A DNA stretch of 64,000 nt, from contig NC_091478.1 of NCBI RefSeq assembly GCF_036971445.1, forward strand, positions 36,394,001 to 36,458,000. The letters are read 5' to 3'. The notes beneath the pieces are model-generated. The model ran no database searches and was not told the DNA's origin. It was given only the letters and a program-made list of their open reading frames with translations. The position numbers were made by a program, and so were the translations under genes. Shown here piece after piece: positions 13,038-25,832 of this stretch (within the stretch, counting starts at the first letter, position 1; the number at the start of each line of letters is the position of its first letter). This stretch comes from Narcine bancroftii (lineage: Eukaryota).

Positions 13038-13381
13038 ACTCTTTTTACACTAAAAACCTGCATTATTGCCGAATACATGACCTGTCTCTGGAAGCCAGCT
13101 TGCCTATTCACACGGAACAGAAGAAATGCTAGGAGAGTGAGTCCTTTTACACAGCAAGCCGGCTTTCCAGAGCAAAAGGGGTGGGCCGTGTAGCACAGCA
13201 GCCGCTTGTCCTGGCAACCCCTTTTACACTTGTCCCGCTTCGCCTCTGATACTACCTCGCTTGGCGGATAAAAGGCAGGGGTGAAATGACTGCACAATCA
13301 ACCTTTGTCGAATTTATAAAGGTAGGCGAGGTGTATTAAAGGCAAATTATACCCAGCTTGAAGTATCCCTGTAAAAAGGGT
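13038..13381. mobile_element. Harbinger-like MITE (about 345 bp)
   Basis: TIRs ACTCTTTTTACA and TGTAAAAAGGGT; internal CTTTTACAC repeats near 13144 and 13221. Confidence 0.6.
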
Positions 13382-13434
13382 AACTATCTGTGAAATAATG
13401 GCCAATTTTCAATTCTAGGTCATGTTTCAGGAGG

Positions 13435-13845
13435 AAAAAGAACATAGAACAGTGCAACACAGTACTCGATTTGTACCAATCGACATAAACCTACACCATC
13501 AATCTTACCCTTCCCAGCTTCACAACCCAGAACCCTCCATTTTTCTTCCATCCATGTGCTTGTCTAAGAGTACTTTAATTATTCCTATTGTAGAAGCCTC
13601 CACCAGCACCTCTGGCATTACATTTCAGGCACCCACCACTCTCTATATGGGGTAAAGAAACTTACCTCTGATGCTTCCGTTAAACTTTCTTCCAGTCACC
13701 CCAGACAGATACCCTCTGGGGAAACCTACACTGTCACACTGAGAAGGTGCAAACTTCATGCAGACAGCAGCAAAGGTCAGGACTGAACCTGGGTCTCTGA
13801 TGTTTGGAGGCAGTGGCTCCACCAGCTGCCACAGTGTGCCACCCG
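13435..13845 (-). mobile_element. CR1 3' end followed by a V-SINE fragment
   Basis: catagaacagtgc..cattccagg-like CR1 tail; gaaggtgcaaacttcatgcagacagc..ggactgaacctggg. Confidence 0.6.
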
Positions 13846-15299
13846 AAGGTATAAGGATGTGTCTCAGTCTCTGTTCACTGGAATTCTGTGAGAACTCCTC
13901 TCTCTAAAGGTTATAAAGATCTAGAATCCACTTTCACAGGGGGCCTCAAAGGCTAATTGAAGTGCAACTCGGAGACTCATTTGCAGGATTGCAAAGGGAA
14001 AAGTTTGTAGTGTGGGACTAAATTAGACTCAAAGCTGTGACAGAGGAATTTTGAGCTGAATAGCCGAATTCTGTGGTGTAATATTACAAGTCAGAGAGAT
14101 TGCACTAGGTGTCTTTCAACAAAGATCTACATGTACAAGGAATAAATATTTTGGGGCACTCATGAAATTAGCAGAGAATGGCTTCTAAAAACACTGAAAA
14201 ATAATCAAATGCTCCTTTTTATCTTGAGAAGATTTATATGTGGGGACTAATGAATATACATACAATTCTATGGGAGGCTTTCAGATCTACTGCTGGAGTT
14301 GATGTGGAAGATGATAGAATTTCAGAGGATGAAAAATTAGAAGTCATCCCAAAATTAAACAATTTGCATTATTTTACTTCTGCCATTTTATTCAAAAATG
14401 TTTCTATTGAGAATAATTCAACAGACATTTTCTCAACATTTCTGCACAGTTGCTCCTTCACTAAATTTCTTCTCTAATTCTTACAAAAAACCATGAAGAA
14501 AATCTCCCCGCTTTGGCAATTAGAAGCATTAGCACGTCCAAAATGTGAGACTCCCTCAGGCTCTTAAACCTTTCGGGGGAAGTGAAATGAACTACAATGG
14601 TTAGATGCAGAAAAACAAAAGACAGACGCATTTGGTTAGATGACTCATCGCTGTAGACTCCTCTCGAATGTGCGTGCACCTTCTTCAAGTTTACAATAAT
14701 TCCAAAACTGACTTACTTTGGCTCTTGCTAAAAGACAAGAATTTCTTTCTAACTCAGTTATTGTAAATATCTGTCAGGTCATGTTATACAAATTGGAATA
14801 AATTCTTTATGAGCAGGGCTGCTTTCCTGTTATTTGCCTTGCTTTTCCTATTGATATTTTTCGACACTGTGGCTGATTTATTTCCTATGCCGTTTGATTT
14901 CTCACTCTCTTAGTCTTGTTTAAAGCATCAGAGAATTCGAAAGAAATAAACCCAAGAAAACTGTAGGAGATCAAAGGCTCAACAGTATTGCTGCATTCAT
15001 TAATTTTGGTGCATTGATTCTCTTTTCCAAAGCCTGAGTAGCGCAGCAAATATTAGACTGGGAAACAAATTCCTCATATCATTGAATACACCTTTATGGG
15101 GCTTGCAGACAATGCTGTGCCCTTGGCATCTCAAGACTATGAAAATTCTTTGATTTTTAAAAAAATATATATTTACAATCCAGATCACTTAAAAAAAAAC
15201 AGATGAACTTTTACTATTCATTAATCAGTCGTTGCATTTTCTACATTATCTGGATTTCAGAAATGCTTGGGGATAAACTCAGTTATATAAAAAAAAAAT

Positions 15300-15730
15300 T
15301 AGGACTATTGAAAACCACAACATAAAAAATAGATCTTTCTATTTTGACCTAATTCCACTGAGCTGCACCCATACCATATCCATCCATAGCCCTCCCCATC
15401 CATGTACATAACATAACATAACAATTTACAGCACGGAAACAGGCCATTAGGCCCTTCTAGTCCGCACCGAACCAAACACCCCTCCCTGCACAATGCCCAT
15501 AACCCTCCATCTTCTTCTCATCCATATACCTGTCCAACCTTTTCTTAAATAATGCAATTGACTCCGCCACCACTATATCCAAATGTTTCTTAAATGTCAA
15601 AATTAAGTGTGGATTTACCCATTCAGTTGGCAACTCATTCCACATTCCCACCACTCTCTGCATGAAGAAATTCCCTAATGTTCCCTTTAAACACTTCCTC
15701 TTTCATCCTTAGCCCATGTTTTCTATTTTA
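15300..15730 (-). mobile_element. Nested CR1 3' ends; the inner copy has an (ACATA)n tail
   Basis: ORF 15457-15663 QRVVGMWNELP..FKKRLDRYMD..MEGYG. Confidence 0.75.
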
Positions 15731-15744
15731 GAGTTAGTGCACAA

Positions 15745-15960
15745 TGATATTAGAGCAGCAGCGATCTGGGTTAGAATCTGACGATGTCTGTAAGGAGTTT
15801 GTACGTTCTCTTCCTATCTGTATGAGTTTCCTCCAGGCTCTCTGGCTTCTTCCCACCTTTTAAAATATACAGGAGTTGTAGGTTAATTGGGGTAATTGGG
15901 CAGCATGGGCTGATGGGCCAGAAGGGCCTGTTACTGTGCAGTATATCTAAATCTTATATA
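15745..15960 (+). mobile_element. V-SINE
   Basis: gtctgtaaggagtttgtacgttctc..gagtttcctccaggctctctggcttcttcccacc. Confidence 0.8.
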
Positions 15961-16684
15961 AAATTAAATACCTCTTAGTGGAACACATTTTCAAATAAAG
16001 TTCAATTTTCAACAGGTTCATACATTCAGGTCACTCCACGTCTTCCCACAGGTACCTTCATGAAGCCTTGTAATAACTGCACACACTAAATCTGTACTCT
16101 GGCCAGTTTTATCTTTTGAATTCTTTCTGTGAAACTGCCAATATTAACAAAACTTATTATCAGTTTTGTTCAGCCTACTCCATTCTTAACAGAGAGGTTT
16201 AAAATAAATAAGAAAAACAATCTGGCGACAGAGCAAGAAATTCTACTTCATCAACAACGTTAACTATGTGTAGATATGTGATCAGTTCTGCACCTGGTGA
16301 TCCATGCTCGTGAATAGGAAGGACCATTTAGAGAGGGGGAATAATTGAGGGAGGAGTGACAAAGGTAGGGAGACTGAGACATGAGATGAGGATGGGGAAG
16401 GAGGCAGGTGGAGAGGGCATGGCAAGATTAAATATGTTTGTGTCCATGTGCTAGGGAGTCATCAGAATGGATCTGTGTGCGCTTAAAGGGTGTGCTTATG
16501 TACAGGTATCTGTGAGCGAAGTCTGTGCAATAGACTTCCTTATTATTGGAGTAAGACCTTGCTCTGCAATTGCCATGTGCTAATTGGTGTACAATAGCTG
16601 TCCTTGTTGAAACAATTCATATACAGGCATCTACTGTTTCTTGAAAATGGACTGGACGCAAGTCATCCTCAGCCTCGAGGGAGA

Positions 16685-19205
16685 GGAGTCACGTGATGGA
16701 GTAGTGGCCAGGAGGAGAATACCAGCCCTCTCCAGAAAAGAAGAAATAAAGTGAAGAAAATACAAAGTTCAAGAAACACAAAACACAACAAATAAAAGAT
16801 AAAGTTGTGGAGAAAAGAAAGAAAATGGCACCCAAGAAGGAAAAAGTAAAAATGGGAAAAAAAGAAGAAAAAACGCCAGAAGAGAAAGGAGAAGGCCTTA
16901 CCTGCATGAAGAAACAGGGAGCTATCGTGCAGAAGGGAGCCCATTCCCCAAGGTTGGTGACGACCCAGCAGAGTTGCGACCTACCAACGGCTGGAGTGCC
17001 AAAATGGCTCTCTGAGCCAAACAAAAGCGTGAAGGAAAAAGAGAACACTGACGGGAGGGGGGCCCAGCTGAGGATCGAGCAAACACAGCGTGACCAGCTG
17101 AGGGATTCCTGACAGCAGGGCTCTCAGCTGGAAGAAGAGGAAAGTGACAGGAAACGGAGTGATAGAAAAGAAGAACTGCAACAGGAGACCCAACAGTTGA
17201 CTAGCCCAGAAGAAGAGGACCAACAGCAAGAAGCCAAGCAAGAAGAAGCCCAGCAAAGTGAGGCAAGCTACTCAACAAGAAAGTCAGAAGAGACACAGAT
17301 ACAAGGAAGAGAAGTAGAAGACACAAACACAGGTGCAGACACAGAAGAAAAGGAAGAAGATGACCAAGCTCCGCACAGAAAAATAGAAGGTAAAATAGAA
17401 GGACAGAATATAGTTTAAAAAAAATTTCAAGAACAAATAAGAGCATTAAAAGAATGGTTGACATTAGAATTTAGTGAAATGAAAAGAAAAATGAAAAGTA
17501 CAGAAGAAAAAGTGAGTAGAATAGAGCTGGTCATGACAGAAATAGGGAAAAGATTAGAAAATGTAGAAGAATGAGAAACGGTTGTAGAAATGGAAGTGAA
17601 TTACTTAAGAAAATTGGAAGAAAGTGACATAAAAGTTAAAGAGTCATTAGGTGCATATATATTGATCAAATTCCAGAATTCTGAATATATCTGACACTTT
17701 ATCATTACATACCTCCCTACTGGATCTATTATTTCCTCCTCTATTTTGATTGGTACTTTTTTATTTATTAATATAGCTACACCTCTAGCTTTTGAATTAT
17801 ATGATGCTGCCGCTACGTGCCCTACCCAGTCTCTCTTTAATTTATTATGTTCCACTTCAGTTAGATGCGTTTCCTACACAAATGCTATGTCTATTTTTTC
17901 TTTTTTCAGGAAATATAATAGCCTTTTTTGTTTAATTTGGTTATGTATTCCATTAATATTTATAGTCATATAGTTCAACATTTTATACTCTGTTTACACC
18001 TCAATTCTGCTGCCTCACCACCACCATCCCCCTTTTCCCCATTTTCATCTCTCAGTTTTCCCTTTTTGAACTCAATGTATGACAACACTTTTAAAACAAC
18101 AACTCCCACATCTAAAATTCCTTTAACCCCAGTGTTCCACCCCCCCCCCCCTCTGAGTTGCCCCTTATCCCTTGCTGGGCAACCACAACTCCCCTCTCCA
18201 TTTGGATTGCGAACCCGCTCTCAAACGTCAACTGATTTCGCAGTGATGGTTATTCTCTCCCACCCAACCCCCTCCAGAAAAACTTTTATCTTCACGTATA
18301 ACAAAGCTCGCCCTCTTTTTTTCCCCCCTTACTTCCTTTCTTCTCTTTTCTTTCCCTGCTTTAGTTCTTACCTATACATTATTTTAACATCTTTATATGT
18401 ATTTTGTTGTTCTTCTTCGTTCTTGCTACATCTCTTCATCTCTCCTCCTGTCCTGCAGGCATTCTGCAAATTCTTGTGCTTCCTCCGGATCCGAGAACAG
18501 TCTGTTTCGCTCCCCCGGGATAAATATTTTAAGCACAGTTGGATATCTTAACATAAATTTATAGCCTTTTTTCTATAGGATCGATGTTGCTGTATTAAAC
18601 TCCTTCCTCTTCTTTAAGAGTTCAAAACTTATGTCTTCTCTAATTTTATTCCTTGCCCTCTCCAATATATTTTCTCTCGTCGTGTATCTCAGAAATTTTA
18701 TTAAAACGAATCTTGGTCTTTGCTGTGTCTGTGGTTTCGGAGCTAGTGTTTTGTGTGCCCTTTCTATTTCCATTCCTTCCTGTATTTCCGGCATTCCCAG
18801 GACCTTTGGAATCTATTCTTTTATAAATTCCTTCATATCTGTGCCTTCTTCATCTTCCTTTAGGTCCACTACCTTTATGTTGTTTCGCCTACTATAGTTT
18901 TCCATTATATCAATCTTCTGAGCTAACAACTCCTGTGACTCTTTAGAATGATAAGACAACAAAATGACTCGATCCAGTGTGTAAAAGTAGATGACACAAT
19001 TTTCTTGTTTATTTTCATTGTGTGATGACATTGTTTAATGGTTTTATTGTATTGTGCATGTTGAACATTTAATGGGTTTGGAGGGGGGAGGGAAGGTTGG
19101 GGGAAAAAGTGGGAGAAAATACCACTGTGTAAATTTAAGAGGGAAATGTTTGTATGTATTTTGATTGATATGGTTCATAGTGTGAAAATAAAAAAAAATA
19201 AAAAA
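16685..19205 (+). mobile_element. 5'-complete L1-clade element with an internal inversion (about 17647-18945) and loss of most of ORF2
   Basis: 5'UTR and ORF1 N-terminus on +. ORF1 C-terminus (ENYSRRNNIKVV..ERAH) and APE start (RGVAILINK..GRYV..NIYAPN) on -. G-rich 3'UTR and A-tail on +. TSD CCTC(G/A)AGGGAGA at 16673-16684 and 19206-19217. Confidence 0.9.
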
Positions 19206-19642
19206 CCTCAAGGGAGATGGAGATTCCACAAGTGAGTGAGATTAACGTTGGAAGCAAAATTATACCACTAATGGTTTTAGCAGTAATTTTAACCACTTGA
19301 TTTTGTTTAGGTGCTTTACTTGCCAGAGGAAATGGATTATTACTACTTGTTCTGTCAATATGGTCAATAATTTTGTTAGTTTTTCATCTTACCTTATCTG
19401 CTTTAAGAAATATTTCCACTTTTCCAGCTCTCCTTTCAAGTAGATTGGCCTCATCTTTGCTGGTGTTCTAGTCAGGCTCCTTATCATTCCCCATTGCCTG
19501 GGCTGCTTGGAATTGCACACACCCCTCCAGCTGTGGCCTAACAAGCCTTGTCTTGATTTTATGTATTGTCTTGTTCACATTTTTTCTTTACCTTCAAAAG
19601 TTTGTGAATATTATAATTGCTTTTTACAAAGACTTCAAAATA

Positions 19643-19956
19643 CAGTCATGTGCTGCGCAAGGTCAATTCGGGTCACGTCCGACTGAATATCTGTCCGTGG
19701 TCTCATAGGGTTATAATAGAGTTCAGAAATCCTGATCGGGGAATGGGATGTAGCAGCTTCCCGCATGCAACCTGCCTCATGTCTATCATATAGAAAAGGG
19801 GCTGCACTGCCAGGTACGGTACATATTATAACCTCTAATACATGTGTCTTTATAGTAAACACCTACGTTACTGTAAAATGGTGATCGCACAACGTCCAAA
19901 TCGCATTATGTCCTATTGCACAGAACATATCGTGGTCGTTAAACGATGCATGACTG
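19643..19956 (+). mobile_element. Tigger3/Golem-like (pogo superfamily) MITE, 314 bp
   Basis: TA|CAGTCATG...CATGACTG; both ends resemble the recalled Tigger3 termini (..gtggtctcatagggttataatagag..; ..cgcacaacg..cagaacatatc..gtcgttaaacgatgcatgactg). Confidence 0.75.
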
Positions 19957-19958
19957 GA

Positions 19959-20150
19959 CAGTAAAACCCCTGGTATCTGGTACCAATGGGGATTGGTAGA
20001 TTTTCTGGTTGCTTGAGATTGCATGATCGGCGAACTAACAGCAAGGTGCACCAATTTTAAACTTCAATATTTCTTACCTCTTTAGTTTTGGTGATTATTT
20101 TTTGCTGGTTCCTTGTTTATTTGAATTCTGGATAACAGTAATTTTTACTG
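19959..20150 (-). mobile_element. pogo/Tigger MITE (about 192 bp), a deletion derivative of the family at 53489-54180
   Basis: CAGTAAAACCCCTGGTATCTGG ... ATTTTTACTG|TA; both ends match the opposite ends of the 53.5-kb copy. Confidence 0.75.
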
Positions 20151-21357
20151 TAATACCATCTAGACTTTCACTCCATGTAAAGTTTTCTAAATTGCACCAT
20201 TCACAATTGTCCCAGTAATTTCCATCCATCGAGGTGTCATCCTCTGTCCTTCTGATAGCTGTTGGACCTGCATACAATCTATTAGATTATGTCTGATTTG
20301 TATTGTAACCACATTTTATCTCTCTTCCTCCTTGTAACCTAATGTTCTTACCAAACAATCCGTCTTAAGTACTGCAAGTTTTCAATTGGCCTGACAATCA
20401 TAGCTCTTTGGGGGAAGAAAGTTCCCTTTTCCCATTTCTCCTAACATAAAAGCCTGTTTCCTTTCACTTGTTTTGAGATTGTAAAAGGGTCAGGCATCTG
20501 GACATGGGATTATCATTATCGACTAAGGCCATCTGTACTGCATTTTTAAAATCCTATGGTAGTCTCCTTTGGGAAATATATTTTCTACCCTTCTACAGTC
20601 TGGTCTATATTTAAATCTCCAATTCCATACCAATGAGCTTTTTTCTTTTATCTTTTCCCTGAAGTTCCCAAACAAAATGATTCATATTTGACTACTGATA
20701 GACAGTAAGTGATAACATTCCCAGGAAGGCCAGTGCCCCACAAATGCATAACAGTGAAAAAATAACAGTTGAAGGCCTGAGTTGAGCCATTTATAGAAAG
20801 TAAACTATTTCAGTATTTTGTTCATTCCTTGATGCCATATCCTTCCATTCCAAATTCAAGTCTTTCCTCTCTTTCTCTCTTTCACCCTTGCAAAAGTATC
20901 TGAGCAATGTGTTGGTTTGCATTATGTTGGGGAGCTAATGGGATCTATGAGGCTTTGCTGAACGCGACTGTCGATGATTTCTCAGCTGGAATACCACTTT
21001 TTGAATGCTGGGTGTAAGCAAGGTAAATCTAACATCTAAAATGTTGTCCTTCCATAAAAAAATGTTTTGGGAACAAATGAAGGATGGGATAAAATTAAGA
21101 CACATCTGTTGAATCTCCAGCATAAGTGCTTGCCATATGACCATACGAGTCAAATCCATTCATCAACATTCACTCCTTCAAATGATCTCTTCTCACCCTG
21201 CTCCTTATTTCTCTTTTCTTTCTCTCAAGTATGTAATAAGTCATTAAAAGTATGTAATAAGTCATTAATTGGTCTCAGTTTAATTAATTTAATTATTACC
21301 ACTGTGTGTAAAACAATTCTCCTTGATTTTGTTGGAATCAGTAAAGGTTATTTTATA

Positions 21358-21911
21358 TTTCTTTTTTCTTTGGCTTGGCTTCGCGGACGAAGATTTATGG
21401 AGAGGTAAATGTCCACATCAGCTGCAGGCTCGTTTGTGGCTGACAAGTCCGATGCGGGACAGGCAGACACGGTTGCAGGGGAAAATTTGTTGGTTGGGGT
21501 TGGGTGTTGGGTTTTTCCTCCTTTTTCTTTTGTCAGTGAGGTGGGCTCTGCGGTCTTCTTCAAAGGAGATTGCTGCCCGCCGAACTGTGAGGCGCCAAGA
21601 TGCACGGTTTAAGGTGATATCAGCCCACTGGCGGTGGTCAATGGGGCAGGCACCAAAAGATTTCTTTAGGCAGTCCTTGTACCTCTTCTTTGGTGCACCT
21701 CTGACACGATGGCCAGTGGAGAGCTCGCCATATAACACGATCTTGGGAAGGCGATGGTCTTCCATTCTGGAGACGTGATCTACCCAGCGCAGTTGGATCT
21801 TCAACAGCGTGGATTCGATGCTGTCGGCCTCTGCCATCTCGAGTACTTCGATGTTAGAGATGAAGTCGCTCCAGTGAAAGTTGAGGATGGAGCGGAGACA
21901 ACGCTGGTGGA
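21358..21911 (-). mobile_element. AviRTE-like RTE 3' end, copy 2
   Basis: ORF 21418-21837, near-identical to copy 1. Confidence 0.92.
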
Positions 21912-22015
21912 TATTATTGCCTCTGTTTTGGAAGTGGAAACAGCTTTCTCTGGTTACGATATTTGGATAAACAATGATTAACTAAAGAAGCTAGACACCT
22001 AACAGCCTGAAGCCG

Positions 22016-22220
22016 CACTACAGCACCTGATAGGCTGAAGTCGCCTGAGATTGTCTGTTCTCAGAAGCTAAGCAGACTCAGGACAGGTCCAGTACTCGGA
22101 GGGGACACCACCTTTGAAGACCAGGTGCTGGAGGTTTCTGTGAGGGGCACTGGATAAAATTGTGACTCTCTGTCTGCTTCATGATAGATAAAAGGTAAAG
22201 AATTTCATGTACATAATGGA
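22016..22220 (+). mobile_element. 5S rRNA-derived SINE (SINE3 type) or 5S pseudogene with an attached body
   Basis: 22016-22135 is colinear with 5S rRNA: ctacagc..ctgaag.cgcctga..gtctgttctcagaagctaagcag..agtactcgga.ggga.acc..gaagaccaggtgctggagg. Confidence 0.75.
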
Positions 22221-22649
22221 ACCTTTACCTGATATATAAAGTTAATTGGAGTGCAATGCTCCTGTGCCTCTGTGTTTAGTAGAAGATCATAGTGAATCCA
22301 AGGCAGGTCATATATTTGCCTGAGTGTTTTGGTTGATGCTTCCATAAACTATAAAAAAAATCTCTGAAATAATGGCAAACTTCTCTCTCTGTTTTCAACT
22401 TTAATTTGTGCTTTGAATTCTGACCAATAACAGAGAAGCAAGCCCAAAAGTTGCCTTTTATTGATTAATTGCAATGATTATATCCTGTGTACGTTTTTCA
22501 GCTTTGTTATTTGTATCAATTATTTGAACCTTAACATTTCTACCATGTTTGCTGCAGTTTCGGTCTTGTGATACAAAGGAATTGCATCATTACTTCAAAT
22601 ATAATCCGATTAAAAAAAACACTAGGATAACCAAAATGAAAGATAAGCC

Positions 22650-23002
22650 AGTACATTCTTTGTTCTCGCTGCTGCCATCAGGAAAGAGGGGTAGGGGCCA
22701 CAAGGCCTGCACCACCAGGTTCAGTAACTGCTGCTACCCCTCCACCATCAGACTCCTCAAAAACAATCAGTCAGAGACTCATTTAAAGATTCTTACTTTG
22801 CACGTTATTTATTACTTTTTTTTCTCTCTGTATTGCATAGTCAGTTGGTTTACATTTAATTGTGAATATTTCTCTCTTTTGTTTGACTATTTAAAAAATA
22901 AATCTTTTACACTTACTGATAAGTAGAAATTCTGCTTGGTCCGCAGGAAAAGGAATCTCGGGGTTGTATGTGCTCTGATTATATATTTGAACTTTGAACT
23001 TT
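22650..23002 (+). mobile_element. Rex/Babar-like LINE 3' end with a (TTTGAAC)n tail
   Basis: HSLFSLLPSGKR.R..KACTTRFSNCCYPSTIRLL; tail tttgaactttgaacttt. Confidence 0.8.
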
Positions 23003-23105
23003 AATTTCAGTGCTCTGAGCTAGCAGTTCACGCAGCATTCTAAGTGGAGTTTGAGGGAACTGAAATGAACAGTCCATTGCTGATCCACATTAAGAGTGGA
23101 CATGA

Positions 23106-25832
23106 TGGGGGAGGGGGGGCGTGGCAAGATGGCGTAGAGTCTAGACGTGTAATCTCGACCTCTCTGGACGGACTTTTAAGTACCCGTTTTTTCTTTTGTT
23201 TTCAAGTTTAAACTTCTTAAATTTTAGTTTAAAGTATTAAGGAACTATTATGGCCATTAATAATAAAAAGATTAAACCTCAAGTGCAGAAGAAGTTACAT
23301 TTTCAAAGTACTGAAGATTTGGGGTCTAAACAACTTGCTACAGCCTCAAGTTTAATTTCTTCAGTGCCTAAACTACAAAGACTGCCTGAGGGAGCTGGAA
23401 AATAAATGTCTACTACTTACCAAGTAAAGGACAGCGCTGGAATTACCCATTCTCTGGAAGAAGGTGCGTGTTCCCGTGTAGTGGATCCCGATTCTGGCAG
23501 CCTGCCGACTTTAACGGAGGGAGCATGCAGGAAGACAACGCCATTGCCTGAAATGCTTCAGGAAGCACTCCAGCCTGAAAATCTCGATCTCCTCCGTGAG
23601 TTTTTGAAAACACTGCGAGCTGCGGGGGGAGTCCAGCGTCGACCCCCTGAGGAAGTCGGGGTGCCGTCGCTGGGAGTCCAGACCCGCAGTAAGACCGTGA
23701 AACTGCCTGTTGTTGAGTTGCAACAGGAGCTGCAGTTACCTGGTTCTGCAGGTTAGAGAAAGCAGGGCTGAGCTTTTCTGAATTACAATGTAACCAGTTA
23801 AATGCTGTCATTCAGCCTATAATGAATGAGCTGGCTCAAAGGATAAGTTCAGAATTGAATACAGTTAAAGTACATGTAGAAGCATCTTGTGAAGATTTTA
23901 AAAAACTTCAGTCTGCTTTTTTGGAATGTCAACAAGTGGCTTCTAATACAGAAAAAGTGTTGAAGGTTGAAAAATCTGTTATAGAATTGCAAGAATGTGA
24001 GAAGGAGTTAGAGAGGAAAATAGACTATTTGGAGAATCAAAGTAGAAGGAATAATGTGAAAATCGTTGGTTTGCCAGAAGGTATGGAAGGACAAGATCCT
24101 CTTTGTTTTTTTACAGATTGGATCCCACAAGTACTAGGGCAAGAATTTTTTTCTGAAGGCTTGGTATTGGAAAGAGCTCACAGACTTTTAGGAGATCACT
24201 TTTACCAGGTCAACCACTGAGACCTGTAATAATTCGAGGTTTGAATTATTTGGATAGAGAAGTAACACTTCGACTGGCGGTGCAAAATGCGAGAAAACGA
24301 CAAACTCCGTCATTGATTTAGAATAGCAGAGTCTTTTTCTATCCTGATTTGATTCAAGAGGTTATTCAACGTCGACGTTGATTTAATCCATTTAAAGAAG
24401 TTTTGTGGCGTAAAGGTTATAAGTCTACTTTTCGCTATCCGGCAGTGTTGAAGGTGTTTCATGGAGACTATCAATCTCGGTTTTTTGAGGATGATCAAGA
24501 AGCAATGATTTTTGCTGATTCATTGCCAGATATAAGACGACAAAGACGTAGTCCACCATTGTCTCCTAAAGAAAAATCTGGTTGTTCTGGAAATGGAAGA
24601 AATGGTAGAAATGGGAAAAACAGGAATGGAAAGAGTCCAACTTCTTTTGAAATGGGATCTCCGAGTTTGGAACCTCTTGGATGAATAGCAGAATCTTCTT
24701 AATCATATTTTGCTTTTTACGTTATTGTGATATTTTGAGATTTTTTTGTTTGTTTGTTCAGCTGGGGAGGAAGAGATTTGTTCTAGGTTCTATTAGTCAT
24801 CAGCCACTGGTGGGTGATCCACACCCAAATTTTGTTTAGGGATTACTACATTTTGGTAGTTTTTTTTTGGGGGGGGGGTTGTGTTAATTTTTTTTCTTAT
24901 TTTTTTTTAAATTTCATTTTATCTAGCTTTTATTTTGTGATTTTTTTTCTCCTATTGGAGGGCCTATATACGATGATTTGAGTTTTTATATAAAGATATT
25001 ATTGATCTTTAGTAATATTAGTAGATATGTTAAAGATGAGGTTTGCTACTTTTAATGTTCAAGGTTTATACAGTTCGATTAAGCGTAACGATGAGGGACA
25101 GCTATGGTATTGATAAGAATTCTTTGTTTCTTTATTTTTAAATTTGATCTTTGGTAAAATGTGTGCTTGGTAGCGATATGATTTTGCCTGAAATGACTAA
25201 ACTTGAGACTTTTCTTATGAAGGTACCAGAGAAGAGTTATATTTCATTCATGTATTAAACATTATAGGATGGTATGGATAAAAAGGGTTGGGATAAATCC
25301 AAATCTGTATAAGATTAAAATACCTTTAAATCTGATAGTATCTTTATTGGGCAGTTTGCAACCTCTGAAAGGTTTGGGATTAGATAAATTTCAATTTGAT
25401 TTTGTATACTTAGCATCATTTGTAGAGAAAAAATGTATTGTTAGTATGTGGAAAGATACAAATATGATTGATATTAATAGATGGCATAATGAGATGAAAT
25501 ATTGTTTAATAATGGAAAAAATTACATATGTTTCACGTGATAACTATAGCTTTTTTATTAGTAAGTGGTTGTTATATTCAGAATATTTACATTTTGATTT
25601 ATGTTGATTAGATTTTAATATGTATGTTTAATTTTTCCTTAATTTTTTTTCCCTTTCTTTATGACTCTCTTAGGAGAGCTGCCTGAAGGGGGGGGGGGGG
25701 GGGTGAGGTGGGGGGTTTCTCTTTTTCCGTTTTTTCTTTTTTTTCTATAAAATGTAACGTTCATGTTTTTGGTTTATTGTTGTATATGTTATTTACTATC
25801 TATTTTGAACGAATAAATAAAGTTTTTTTAAA
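23106..25832 (+). mobile_element. 5'-complete L1-clade element with a full-length but decayed ORF1 and a doubly deleted ORF2 (HAL1-like)
   Basis: G-run and CAAGATGGCG at the 5' end. ORF1 about 23250-24684 (IDYLENQSRRNNVKIVGLPEG..ERAHR..FYPD..YPAVLKV). ORF2 starts 25027 (FATFNVQGL..KR) then jumps to C-terminal pieces ending 25607. AATAAA tail; degenerate TSD 23092-23105 / 25833-25846 (11/14 match). Confidence 0.85.

Noticed and set aside
17928-18551. 207-aa hydrophobic ORF
   Set aside because: It is the antisense reading of the A-rich L1 inter-ORF region inside the inversion.
22016-22135. Functional 5S rRNA gene
   Set aside because: Too diverged, box C is damaged, there is no T-run terminator, and it is not in a tandem array.
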